DNA of 63,928 nucleotides, filler included, from Folioceros fuciformis (lineage: Eukaryota), in NCBI GenBank assembly GCA_049999805.1. It is 5 parts of 5 records of this genome, joined end to end, with 100 filler letters (N's around TTAATTAATTAA, not from the genome) between each part and the next. Parts side by side here need not be neighbours in the genome. Positions count along the whole stretch, not along the records: positions 1 to 14,380 come from JBNGIO010005830.1; positions 14,481 to 38,676 come from JBNGIO010005831.1; 3 more parts are not named here. The stretch is one strand, 5' to 3'. Numbering within the stretch: the first letter of the stretch is position 1; each line of letters opens with the position of its first letter. The position numbers and the translations under genes were made by a program. The notes under the pieces are model-generated. The model was not told the origin of the DNA. It was given only the letters and a program-made list of their open reading frames with translations, and ran no database searches. This document shows positions 14,024 to 25,929 of this stretch, piece after piece.

Positions 14024-14182
14024 CTTTCGTGAACTTGTCTTCAACTCGTAAGCCGACAATATGTTGTGACACAAGGCCGAGAGTACGAGTTAAGAACAAA
14101 GCACGAATTACATATAATAAGATTATTACTCCTTAACTCTTAGAGTCCAACCAACATAGTTCCTCCCTTGATACAAGTGAGC

Positions 14183-14380
14183 CTAAGGGAGTGGAGAAGG
14201 TTCAATAGGTTGCTCGCTAACTTCAGTAGAGGGATCTCTCACTTCAGCACTTTTGGGGCTTGACTCAAGGCCTTGAAACTCTTGAAGTTGAGTTGCCAAG
14301 TAAAGGAGGTCTTCGTTGGCGTTGGCCACTGATTGCCAAAGAGTGAGTAGTCTATCACGTCGAGCCGGGGGATCAAGTGA
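14183..14380 (-). CDS. 3' end of a putative accessory ORF upstream of copia A gag (runs into gap)
   Basis: Open frame SLDPPARRDRLLTLWQSVANANEDLLYLATQLQEFQGLESSPKSAEVRDPSTEVSEQPIEPSPLP* ending ~160 nt before the gag ATG; short, so could be chance. Confidence 0.4.
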   Translation of the reverse strand, partial: SLDPPARRDRLLTLWQSVANANEDLLYLATQLQEFQGLESSPKSAEVRDPSTEVSEQPIEPSPLP

Positions 14381-14480
14381 NNNNNNNNNNNNNNNNNNNN
14401 NNNNNNNNNNNNNNNNNNNNNNNNTTAATTAATTAANNNNNNNNNNNNNNNNNNNNNNNNNNNNNNNNNNNNNNNNNNNN

Positions 14481-16240
14481 GTCACTCTCCATCATTTGTT
14501 TAATCAATGTTCATTATACAAAAACTCGCTTCCGCGATTTATAGCATACAAAAGTCTGATATGATGGAGGAAGTGTGAGCAAAAGGTGAGCCACAGCGTC
14601 CTCCTCTGAAATAGTTGAATTCAGTTGAGCAAGTCGAGATCGAAGTTGTCGAAACTTGCTAGTGTGGGCAGCCACACTATCCCCTTCGCGCATTTTCAAG
14701 GTATAAAATTCATGCTGAATTGTACATTTAGTCATCATTGTCTTAACAGCATATGTGTTGACAAGCTGATTCCAAATCTGGTGTGCCTTTGTAAGATATT
14801 CCACATCTGGAATCAAGACTTCGTCAAGCCAGTAACCAAAATGGCAACCGCAATCTCATTTATTGTGTTCCATTTGTCTAAATCAGCCAGTATGACTTGT
14901 GGGGAGGCCGTTCCAGCAGCAGGGAGCAAAGGCTCCTTATAGCTACCGTCAACAACAGTCCACACTCCTCGTGCACGCAAGGTAGTCTGCATTCGAACTC
15001 TCCATACTTCGAACTTGGTGCCGTTAAACCTGTCTTGGCCTTTCAAATCTGTTGTAAATGATGGAGCTGTAGACATACTGACTATTTGTTGATGCTGTGC
15101 AGGGGGTATAAGTGGAGAAAGAAGAGATGGTGGGCTAGAGGAAGGACTACCCAACTTACGTTGACGACGAAGGTAAGGAGACAAGGGGAAATTCAACAGG
15201 TCTCTTGTAGACATACAAAAATAAGGCTGATAAAGGCAGTTAAGGTTGAGAAAGCATGTTTAGGGTTTGATTGAACTTTCAGCAGAAAAAGTTTAACTTA
15301 AACTACTGACTTCTTTTCTAGAGCACGATTGGAGTCAGGTGAAGCGGTTAATAACTGCCTGTGAAACGTCAGCGGAAGCAAAAAGGCCAAAAGGCCATAG
15401 AATTCATAGGGCATTTGAATGCAATGATGCCTACACTAGAAAAGATCACAAATGTTAGTTCACTCTGATCGCCCCTCATCAGAGGGCCGCAGGATCATGT
15501 TTAAAATCTGTAATTGTCTAGAGATTTTACTAATTTCAAATGAAAATTGAGAAATAATTTTATGAATTTTAAAATCTGTGCAATCCAGACGTTTAGAGAA
15601 TGCCTCTTGTCGCTGAACAACGGCATTCACAGTACCTTCTATAACTTGTACCTCTGATTCAGAATGTGAAGGATCAATTGCAGATGTGCTTGCAGGCTCA
15701 GTACATGGTGACGGTGCAGAAGTTGGCCTCTTAACAAATGGCTTATTTGAGCATGGAGCCTTTTTAAACAAACGTCCACAATTGCAGCATGGGAGAGTAG
15801 TGCCAATTGTAGCAGGTCTGTAATATAAATTATCACGGCCTTTGTTGCGCGGATCATTTTCAGGAATTAGAAAGTCACGCTCTGACTTGGTTTCTGCATC
15901 GGTCCAAGGGATGCTGGTTGGAATGCCCGAGTGTAGATTGAAGAAGGCTGGTCTAGAGAAGGTCTTAGAAAATCCTCCTCGGCCACCAAGTCCACAATTT
16001 GATCTGTTTCTCGGCATTGCAACCTATAGCATCATCAGCAGCATTTCCGCTCTGATACCATAAGAAAAATAAGAAATGCTAGAAAAGTGTCAAGGCAGCT
16101 TGACATTATGTGTGTGAGAGAGCCAGCAAGCTTGAAATCATAAAATGGATTCAGTTATTGAAATAAACAAAAGTGTAATTTATATAGTCTAAACCTAATA
16201 CGCCTAGGTTAAACATATATACTAAAACGTATATTTTTCA
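14481..16240 (-). mobile_element. Ty1/copia 5' fragment (copia B): short LTR ~16061-16240, PBS 16049-16060, accessory ORF, frameshifted gag; inserted into Athila-like element 1
   Basis: GCTCTGATACCA (PBS reverse complement); gag text DRFNGTKFEVWRVRM, FYTLKMREGDSVAAH, LLTLPPSY. Confidence 0.85.
15460..16017 (-). CDS. Accessory ORF (185 aa) between PBS and gag of copia B; unknown function
   Basis: ATG 32 nt from PBS edge; intact ORF; basic N-terminus MPRNRS, CCNC motif, C-terminal heptad-like helix. Confidence 0.6.
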   Translation of the reverse strand: MPRNRSNCGLGGRGGFSKTFSRPAFFNLHSGIPTSIPWTDAETKSERDFLIPENDPRNKGRDNLYYRPATIGTTLPCCNCGRLFKKAPCSNKPFVKRPTSAPSPCTEPASTSAIDPSHSESEVQVIEGTVNAVVQRQEAFSKRLDCTDFKIHKIISQFSFEISKISRQLQILNMILRPSDEGRSE

Positions 16241-16412
16241 TCCTTGATTTCATCAACCGGCACCCATTCACGCTCCACCTTCTTCTGGCTCCCGGGGGTC
16301 CTCCTCCCTCATTCCCCATTCCCTGAATAGGTCTTTAGAGGTAAATCTGGTGATCCCCGGCTCATCTCCAGCAAGCCCTTCAGCCCTTGGATCATAGCCC
16401 CCTTCCCTCATC

Positions 16413-19231
16413 TCACCTTCCTTCACACCTCCCTTGGCATGGAGGATTTTTTTTCTGGTCAGCAACTTCCCCTTCCACATTTGCTGTTTCAACCCCCGCC
16501 ATGTTGCAGTCCAGGGTGATCCCAAAACACTCCACCCGGTTCAAGGTATAAGGGATATCCCTCCGGTAGTCCTCCTCTTCATTTGTCCATGAGATGTGAG
16601 AAAAGGGGAATTTATCCTCCCCCTCCTCCCCTTCCAAATCAGTTGTGTCCCCCACGGACATGTACCCTTCGGTGTCCATTGGGGTCTCACCAAGGTAGAC
16701 ATCCCGGCTCCAAGTCAAACAAATCCTACCCTCCCTAGTCTTGGGATCCCATTCAGGTGGTTTGAAAGCCACCTCCTTCCTTCCCCACGATAGCCTGCAC
16801 CTTGATCCATACAGCCACGTCCTGCCCTGCAAGATGTCGTAGCCCGGCGCCTTGTGCTGAATGACCACAAAATCTAGAAGATAGGGGATGGTCCCTATGG
16901 TCGTGGTCACCCCTCTCAGCTCTCCCACCGGCTGCATTCTAGACATATCGGCCAACCTCAAGACCTTGGTTGTGTGCTCGATCTCCAATCCAAGTTTCTT
17001 GGCTGTTCCTCCGTCATAATATTCACCCCTGAACTTGTATCCAGTGGCACCCTCTTAATCACGAAGTGTGCGATCTCCACCTGCAATTCAGCCGGTCCTT
17101 GGTCCACCATGGACACCATGTTGACCGTGGGGGCCGACACCCTTGGTCCTGACTTAGGCAGCCTCTTCCTCCTCTTGGGCTGGGCCTCCTGCAACACCTT
17201 CCGGACCTGCTGTCGATACTTAGGGTTATCCTTCAAGAGCTGGCCAAAGGTGACAACAAATTGCTGGTCCATGATGGCTCCAGCCAAATCAAACGGCTTC
17301 TGGACAGCCCCATTAGTCCCTTTGGTCACTGCTGCCACCTCCCTAAGTAGCAGACTTGCAGCCACGGGTGCTGACTCCTTTGCTAGCCTATCCAGCTCCT
17401 CCTAGCTCATGTCCAGCACTTCTCCCCTCACATCTGGAGGAAATTCCAGGTTTTCCCCCCTTGCTGGAGCTGCTCCCTCTCCAGCCCTTGATTTTTCCTC
17501 TTTAGGGGTCTGCCCTTCTTGGTCTCCCTCCTCTTGACCTGATTCCTCCCCATCTGGAGTACTCTTCTCCTCCTCCTTCGATCCTGCAGCTGATTCCACT
17601 TCCTTCCCTTTCTTCTTGGCAGCCCGTTGCCTCCCTCTTCTCTTCCTACTACGGGTACATGCAGCCATGGCTGTATCTTCCCCATAATACCCCTCCTTGG
17701 TGCTGTCCAGCCCCTCCAGCCCCCTAAGGACCTTGGCCTCAGCCTCCTCCCAAACAGCCATGAGGGCATCTTCTATGTGCATGGTTGTTGCAGTCCCTTG
17801 AGGTGCTGCTTGCTGCACCCCCATCACCGCCGGCTGAGCTATTCTCACACTCTTCCTAGGGTTCTGGCAAAGCACACTGCCCGCCACGTGCCCCTGCTGT
17901 TTGCAGTCCTGGCACAACCTATCAATATCCCCATTGGCCTGCCTAGTTGCTGATGGACAGTTGTTAGCATAGTGCCCAAATCCACGACAATTGTGGCATT
18001 GGACAACCCCCCCTGGTTGCCCAGCCACTCTCCCCACCTGGTTGCTGCGACCACCCATGCCCATAGGATTTCGCAGAATCGACGGATGGGCTGTCTTGGG
18101 GTATTGCTGACCTTGGGAAAATTCCTGGATTTGGTAGGAGTCCTCCACCGGCCACTCCTCCTCCTCCCCCTCATAGGCCAGCAACTGCACCTTGGCCCCT
18201 TGGCAATGGGTCTTGGTGTGGCCTTGCTCACCACAAGTGGAACAAAACAAGTTAGCCTTACCACTAGCTGCAGCCCTCCTCCTCTCATGCTCCTTGACAG
18301 CATGGAGGTGGAACTTCTCAAATTTACTCAGCATTTCCTCCATCTTGGATTCTTGCTGTTCCACCTTCTTGGCTGTAGCCTTAGCCTCTTTCTTGACCTG
18401 CTCCACCTCCCTCTTAGCATGGGCCACCTCCTGCTTGGCCTTCTTGGCCTTCCTCTTTTTCCTTGCCATCTCCAGCTCCTTCTTCTTCCTTCTCCTCCTA
18501 GCAGCCTCATCCTCCAAGGACTCCTCATCCGAGCTGTCCTCCGCTGAAGATGTGGAGGCCCTTGCTGATCCTCCTCAAGAGTCACTGTCCTCGGAGGATG
18601 ATTCCTCCGAGGAGGATGAGTCCCTCTTCTTCTTCCCCTTCCTAGGCCTGTTCTTCCTCTTGTCCTTCTCCTTCCCTCTCTCCTTCTCCTTGGATTTCCC
18701 TTTGCCCCAAGGATGAGACTCCTCGTAATTGAGAGCTGCCCTTATAGCCCTGTCCACATCCTTTTCTGCGAACAACTTCACATGGCCCCCCATCCTCGAT
18801 CCTAGGCCCCCAGCAAACCACCTAATGGCCTGTAAATCTGAATGAGGTCCACAGCGATCCCGCAGGCTGTGGAACCTCTCCACATAGGCCTGCAAGGTCT
18901 CCTTCCTCCTCCTTCTTAAGGCCTCCAGCTTGGACAGCACGTAGCCCTCTACGTCTATCTCCCTGAATCGCTCACAAAAGGCCCTCTTCAGCAGATCAAA
19001 AGTTGCTGGAAATGTGCCGGCCTTGAGGTACTCCCTCCTATACCACTTGGCAGGCCCTCCACGCAACACACTATAGAACAATTGGATGCGTTGTGCATCC
19101 GCTGATTCCTGGTTAGCAAGGGTCAGCAGCTCAAACCTCTCCACAAATTCATCCGGGTCCTCATACCCCTTCTTCTCCCTATACACGGGGTACGGCTGCT
19201 TGGTGGACATTGAAATAGCTAGTGTCGCCAT
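16413..19231 (-). pseudogene. Gypsy gag (three zinc knuckles) plus aspartic protease; two in-frame stops and a frameshift
   Basis: YEDPDEFVERFE...LRGGPAKWY; CSTCGEQGHTKTHC, CHNCRGFGHYANNC, CQDCKQQGHVAGSVLC; LDTSSGVNIM and YDILQGRTWL. Stops at 18575 and 17402 are in frame; frameshift near 16990. Confidence 0.85.
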
Positions 19232-20304
19232 GGTGCTTGCACTCCCTCCTGCAGTTGCAGCTCCAGCCCTTGGAATTTGGCTGATGTTACAGAATCCTTC
19301 AGCTCCTACACTCCTAAGTACCTGCTAGTTGCTTGCCCCTCTCCTCCTCCTTGCTGGTGTATGGCCTGATTGCACCCGCCTCGGCCCCCTCTCTACTACT
19401 CTTTGCTCACGCTCCAATGCTTGCTGCTGCCTCCTTGCTTCAGCTTGAGTCCCCCCTTCACCGCTGGAGTTGAAATCTTCAGCACCTATACAGGGCATCC
19501 ATCAGCCTTGCCACACTCCCTTGTACAGTCCCCTATCCAAGTCTGCCCTCTCCAAGCCTTGACAGCAATATCACTCCCCGGCAACGGCGCCAAATGTGGA
19601 GTGGTTTCTTCCTCCCAAGAACCACCAAGGGGCCACACTTCCCCTTATTATCGCTGCAGTCTTGTGGTTCGCTCCCAAGGGAGTGAACTAGTGTCAAGGT
19701 CAGATAGAACTCCCTAATCTCACCCTAGCTATCAGCCGGTTCTTAGTCCTGACCACGCTACAGCAAAAAGGTCAGAATTTGTAGCCCTATCTTCAGCTCA
19801 ATATACCAATCCCATGCTCCAGCACTTCAATCATTCAACCCTTCTCTTCTTCACTTCAGTCCTTCACTCCCACTTCAGCATTTCATCTACCACTTCAGCA
19901 CTTCACTTCAACTCACTCCAGGAATTTAGGACACAACAACGTCTCGCCTTGCAGCCTTCAAGACAAAGGTATGAGGTCTAGGACTGGATAGCCTTTTTGG
20001 CTCACGGCCCTGCCACCTCACCTCAACTAGCCTGCAAAATGACCAGCCATTGCGGATCCGGCCACATGGATCTCGGCAGTCTAGGGATCCATCACGTCCC
20101 CCTAATGGCAAGGAGGATCAAGCCCTTGGTTAGTCTCACACTGGACCAACCACTGTAATCCGGTAGTCTACACACAAGGTCAAGGGAAATCAGACCGTAA
20201 GACTGCCCCCTCCTCAATGGCAGGTCTGCCCTCTTATACTGCCTTCACCTAACCCTTCATCTTTGTCTACTAGGGTTAACCTCAATCAACCACCTAACAG
20301 TCTC

Positions 20305-20570
20305 TCTCTGACCTAAGCCGCACCTAGCTCTGACCTACACCAACTTCTGACCTACACCTAGCTCTGACCTAAACCTAAGCCAAGTTTGACCTAAAACTAA
20401 ACCAAGTTTGAACCAAGTTCTGACCTACACCTAGCTCTGACCTAAGCCGCACCTAGTTCTGACCTAAACCTAAGCCAAGTTTGACCTAAAACTAAACAGA
20501 CCTAAACATAGTTAGACCTAGTTCTGATCGCAACCTAACCCAAGCCTAACTCTAACCTACCCCTGCACCT
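20305..20570 (+). repeat. Short tandem repeats (GACCTA-based) inside the Athila LTR
   Basis: Recurrent tctgacctacacctagc / gacctaaacctaagccaagttt units. Confidence 0.75.
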
Positions 20571-23500
20571 AATTGCCCGTTACCCCCTTGGGCATCGCTG
20601 GTTGCCCTCTATCCAAAATTGTCAGCCTCTCACAACTAGCAAAAATCCGGAGTGCTCCTCAACACTCTCCTCTCCTCCCTCAGATCATCCCTTTCTCTCG
20701 AATCATCCTGCAACCCTTCAAAGCCTCCACCTTCCTCTTATCGTCTACTCCCCATCCTGCTGGCCAAGGATGCCCCATGGTCCAGCCCAGTTACCTGTCT
20801 GATGCCCTTGAGGAGCAGCATTGTTCCCACCATCTGGCTCTCCACCTGCGAGTAGTACGTTTGTATTCAAACCTTCCGCCAACGAGCAGCCCGATGTGCT
20901 GCTCGTCGACGGACAGCCAAATGTTAGTTATGTCCTCTAGCTGCCCATAGGGGAGGTGCGTTGCTCTGGTCCCAATCTAGTTGTAGAAGTAGCAATGCAT
21001 GGTTCACGAGGCATTCGGTGCTACCCAGGTTGACTGCTCCAAAGGCCCACAGCAACATTGATGCCTCTTTCTCTAGAGCCACGAACCTCCTCCCAACTGC
21101 CCCGCTTGGCTCAGCCCCTTGAGAAAGGGCCACCTGCTTGGATCTCGTGCCTGGCCCTTACTCATCTGGCCAGTCCACCTTCCTTGATCCACCACAGACT
21201 CACCTGCCAGCCATCATCGCTTGGATCAGCCCGAGGCCCACTTGCGCCCTGCTTGCTAGGGGCCTGGCTAGATCCGGCGAACCAACCACCATGGTCCAAC
21301 CTGCCAAATGCGATCCAAGCAAGACTTGGAGTCTCTACCACCCGCCGACCTGGTAGATTGACCCTAGCACCTGCTTGCTTGGAGCTCCGGGCGCCTGGAC
21401 ACTAGCGCCCACCTCTGATCCGCTTAGAGGACTCGACCGCCCCAGCTTGCCTCCTGCTTGCCTCCATCCCGTTAAGCACGATTCTGCACATCTTGGCTCC
21501 ACCTACTTGCCTGGATTTCGCGGGCAACCCGCCTGCTAGCGGACCTCCTGCCTGCCGGGTTTCGTCAGCTTATCCGTGTCGCAAGGTAGCGCCATGCTCC
21601 CTGCCAGGTTGGCCTGGCCGTGATCCAGCCAGCTACCAGGTTGCGCATCCCCTACAACGGTTTCGATCCGGCCTCCCAGCCCGCCAAGCCGCCAACCGAG
21701 CTACCTACTCGGGTCGGCCATCCATGAGCACCCCCTGCCAACCATCCGTCCTTCCCCCCTGGCCCGGACTCTCCCCAGCCAGCCGCCAGGCGGCTGCCTG
21801 ACTTCGGGATCCAGCCCTGCCATGACGATCCGGCCAGGCCACGTGCCTGCCTAGGTTCGCCTACCTTGGCGATTAGGCTAGGCCGCTTGCCTACTCGCCT
21901 GGCAGCCAACCAACCGCTTGGATCTAGTCCACCTGATTTGCCCCGGCCCTGATCCCGGCACGCGCCCGCCTGCCTCAGATCCCTCCCGGCTGCTTGTATC
22001 TGCCCTGGCTTGCCTACCTTCCATGCTCTTGCCCGCATGTCGGCCACCCCCTTGCCTACCAGCCGCCAGCCTTCTTGGCCTGCCATGCCCCGATTCAGCC
22101 AGTTCGCTGACTGGCCAGGGTCCAAATAGTCGACCTGGCTACCCGGATCCACCCCGACCAGCCACAAGCAGCTGGGCCGCTGCTGGCCTCCGAATCCGGC
22201 CCGTTAGCCCGTTGAATCCTCCAGCCATCGTCCTCGCTAGCCACTGCCGGCTGTCTACCTACAGGGTCACCTGCCATCAGCTGGCAAGCTGGCTGCCTGA
22301 TGCCTGCCTGTAGCTGCCATCGCCAACCAGCCTACCTAATCTCCAGCAGCCAGGCCTGGCCTGGATCTCGCTCTGGTTGGCCGCCTACTGGTCCAGGCTT
22401 CTCAGTTGCTACCTCCAACCAGGCCGCCTACCTGGCTTAGCTACTCCCCAGCTTGCATGCAGCCCACAAGCCTGGCTGCCTAGCACCTGCCTCCAGCCGT
22501 GACCGGCCGGCCAGCCCGGTTGGTCGAGCAGCCAAGCCAAACTGCTCCGTCGACCTGCTTCGGCCTAGCCCGGCCGGATCCCGCCATCCACCAGGCGGCT
22601 GTCTGGCGATCCAGCTAGGCGACCACCGCCGGGTGTCCGGGCTGCTGGGTGCCTGCCCGCCCTCAGCAGTCGGGACGTTGCTAACTCGGCCGTCCTCCGG
22701 ATCCAGCTAGGTCCCGTCGAGCCTGGCTTCCGCCACGGCCAGGCTGCCAGGCTGCCTGTCTGCTGCCAGCCGGATCCGCTTGCCAGCCCGACCGCTCTGG
22801 GCTGCTGCCTGCATGCTGACTGGCCGGCCTTCCCGTCGCCAACAATCTTTCCCTTGGCCAGGCGGTGCTGCTTGGCTGACTGGTCGGATCCGCCTAACAG
22901 CCAGGCGGCCAAGCTGACTGTCCTGCTGGATCCCATTGCAGCTGGTCTGCCAGCCTTCCCAGCCCGGATCCACGCCTAGCCTGGATTCGACCCTGATTCG
23001 CTAACACCGGCCCGGCCAGCCGATCAGCCAAGCCTCCCCGGATCTGCGAGCCTGCCCCGCCCCGCTCAACTCCGGCAACAGGCCAAGAGCCCTACACACC
23101 TGGAGCACCAACTGCTCCCACACTGGCGGCCTCTCATCCAGGGATGCCAGCCCGGTCTCTGCCTGGGATCGCTCCAACGTCCTCTCGTCTCTAAAGTTCT
23201 ACCCTCCCTTCACCACGGCTTCTCGTTGGGGGAGCGACATAGTCTCCCTGCACACACCCACAATGTGACTTTCGGCCTCCGGCAGGCACGAGTTGAGTTG
23301 ACGTAGAAGCCACAGTTGAGGGCTGTTGCCTTCCGGATGGCCAGCTATAGAGGATCGTAACTCGGATCCCCCCACCCATACGAGCATAGCAGCGCTGCTG
23401 TTCTGCCATGCTACTCATCAGTCCGCCGTGTTTCGGCTAGCCATCCTCGTGCACTGCCTGCCCGCTCCATGAAACCCCACTCGCCTCTTACTCACAGATC

Positions 23501-23716
23501 TAGGACTCCACACACACATCTGAACACCCTCGCCAAGGGGACCTAGACCCGTGGCCTACCTACCACACATCCCACCAAACCCCTAGCGACTCACCGTTAA
23601 TCTAACCTCTAATCTAACCTAATCTTCTAACCAATCCTCTACGAAATTCAATTAGAAACCCAAAAAAACAAACTTTGCCATTTTCCAGGGGGTCTGTTCG
23701 CCATATGGACTCCACA

Positions 23717-25057
23717 ACTATACAGAAATCTTCTCTCCCGTAGTCAGGGCCACCTCAGTCCACACACTCTTTGCAATAGCAGCACAAAGGGACTACACCA
23801 TGGAACACATGGACGTGAAAACTACCTTCCTGAACGGGACTCTGGAAGAAACAATTTCCATGAGTTAGCCAGAAGGGTTTGTGGACCCCAAGCAACTAGG
23901 AAAGGTGTGCAGACTAATCAAGACCATCTATGGACTGAAGCAGTCCCCATGAGCTTGGTACAAACGCATCGACGCATACCTCAAGCAGTCAGGATTTCTG
24001 CAGTCAAAATCTGACTCAAATGTGTACAAGCTGGAGGAGAAAAATGGAGTGGTCTTCCTAGCTCTCTATGTGGACGACGCAATCCTCATCGCCAGCAACC
24101 GAAATATAATGGCCAAGGTCAAGACCATACTTACCTTGGAGTTTTCTATGACCGACTTGGGTAAGCTCACGTGGTTTCTTGGCATAGAAATCCTGCAAGA
24201 CATGGGACACCACACAGTGTTCATACACCAGGCTCAGTATATAAGCCAATTGCTAGCTAGGTATAGGATGGTGGATAGCAAACCTGCTGCAACACCCATG
24301 GCCGTTGGCGAGAAACTGAGCACTGAGCAGTCACCTAATCAGAAGCAGAGAGGAGGAGATGGAAAGGGTTCCATATCGGTCAGCAGTATGCTCGCTAATC
24401 TATTGCAGGAACTGAACAAAACCAGACCTGTTGTATGCAATGGGAGTCACCTCCCAATTCCTAACCTGCTGTGGACCTGCACATTGGACTGTCGTGCAAA
24501 GGGTGATGAGATACCTGAAAGGCACTCCAAGACTTGGCCTGTTGTACAAGCAGAGGCCCAAGAACCTGCTGCTGACGAGCTTCTGTGACGCAGACTGGGC
24601 AGCCGATGCTGACACTCGCAAGTCAATATCGGCCAATTGCCTGCTGCTGGGAGCACATGAATATGATGCTACAGTCATTTCTTGGTACTCCAAGATACAG
24701 CAGGTCGTGGCCCTCTCATCTATTGAAGCAGAGTACGCTTCTATAGCTACTGTTGCTCAAGACATAGTCTACGCAAGGGAGCTGCTCTCCTCTTTAGGTG
24801 AAACCCAGAATGCACCTACTCTGCTCTTGTGTGACAATCAGTCAGTAATAGCATTAGCGCAAAACCCTATTATGCATGCAAGAACTAAGCATATCGAGGT
24901 GAAGCACCATTTTATTAGACAGGTGATTAGCAATGGGCAAGCAACCTTGCAATATGTGCCAACCAACGACAATGTGTCGGACCTGCTAACCAAAGCCTCA
25001 GCAAAGGACAAGCATGACAAATTCTGCACGGCTCTGGGTCTAGTAGAAGGAAATTAG
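23717..25057 (+). pseudogene. Ty1/copia RT-RNase H 3' portion (copia D) with stops and a frameshift
   Basis: [45 protein letters not shown]; nearly identical to 63149-63694 over the shared segment. Confidence 0.9.
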
Positions 25058-25199
25058 TGTCAAAAAAAAAAAAAAAACAAAAAAAAAAAAAAAACACTCC
25101 CACAAGGTCAGCACATGCACAATCTTCATGCAGGCCTTCAGACCTCCAGGACTAGCTGCCCTTGAAGCGGCGAGTTGGCATTATAATGGAGCACCTGTA

Positions 25200-25580
25200 C
25201 TAGGGTTCTGCGCAAGGCAGGAGCGGGTCAGCACAGAGAATGGACAACCAGCAGTGAGAAAGAATCTCACAGAAGCCTGTGGCCTCACCGTAGTGAATGA
25301 TGAGATGCCCTTCTTCTGCAAAGTCCGACCCGGCGTACAAGAAGCGGTCCATGCATTTTGGAAGCATTCTGAATAACGCATCTGGTGCCAGGTGAGGAAA
25401 TCCCTGCAACGGCCTCCAGCGAGCGTGGGCTGTCTCCAGTTCAGCCTCAGCGCTGTGCAATTCTGCGAACTCAATGCACAAGGAGCAGGTCTTCTGCTGA
25501 CGAAGCGCAAGAAAAATCAGCACGCCAGCCAGCAACAACACGCAAGCAACCAGAACCTAGCCATCGGCGACGGAATCCAT
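25200..25580 (-). pseudogene. Putative antisense accessory ORF in the 3' region of copia D, with N-terminal hydrophobic segment
   Basis: ATG at 25580: MDSVADG*VLVACVLLLAGVLIFLALRQQK... one internal TAG; TATATATA at ~25676-25683 lies upstream on this strand. Confidence 0.35.
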
Positions 25581-25929
25581 GACAGCGGCCGTAAGGGGGA
25601 AGCTAAACCTAGCGGCAAGTCGGAGTAATGAAAAATCAAACGAAGATCTGGCTAAGTGGGAGTAGGAAAAATGCATATATATAGGTAGCATTTAAGAAGC
25701 CAGCCTTAATTAATTAATTAATTATGCATTAGGGCGAAACGCCGGGATATGAAATGCTCCAGCGTTTCATAGGAGTCACGACCTGATAGAGGGTCGTAAC
25801 CTAACTAACCGTCACCACCGTTCACGACACTGTGAACTGGCGCACACTTCTTGGCTTAAGGCTAATCCCGGCCACGAACAATCTAATCAATTCTTTTCTG
25901 CAATCGTGCAATCTACCGATCCTAGTCTG

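Larger units (their letters stand above)
8832..14380 (-). mobile_element. Near-intact Ty1/copia retrotransposon (copia A); 3' LTR ~8832-9141, 5' end lost in gap
   Basis: Full gag-pol; polypurine tract (minus strand GAGAGGGAGA) at 9141-9150; plus-strand TGTCAA at 8832 marks the junction with the gypsy protease. Confidence 0.9.
16241..23716 (-). mobile_element. Athila-like Ty3/gypsy element 1: ~4.1-kb 5' LTR (19595-23716), PBS, degenerate gag-protease
   Basis: PBS TGGCGCCGTTGCCGGGGA (minus strand, ~19575-19592, Athila-type); LTR termini TGTGGAGT / ACTCCACA form a perfect 8-bp inverted repeat; right flank ACTAT continues into copia RT. Confidence 0.85.

Noticed and set aside
14381-14480. TTAATTAATTAA inside N runs (also ~38721, ~59482, ~61839)
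   Set aside because: Identical string centred in gaps; a scaffolding linker with stops in all frames, not biology.
21058-22973. Many Pro/Ala/Gly-rich ORFs
   Set aside because: By-product of GC-rich low-complexity LTR sequence.
23380-23440. CTGATGA and GAAAC on the minus strand suggesting a hammerhead ribozyme
   Set aside because: GAAA does not follow the stem and stems I/III cannot be formed.
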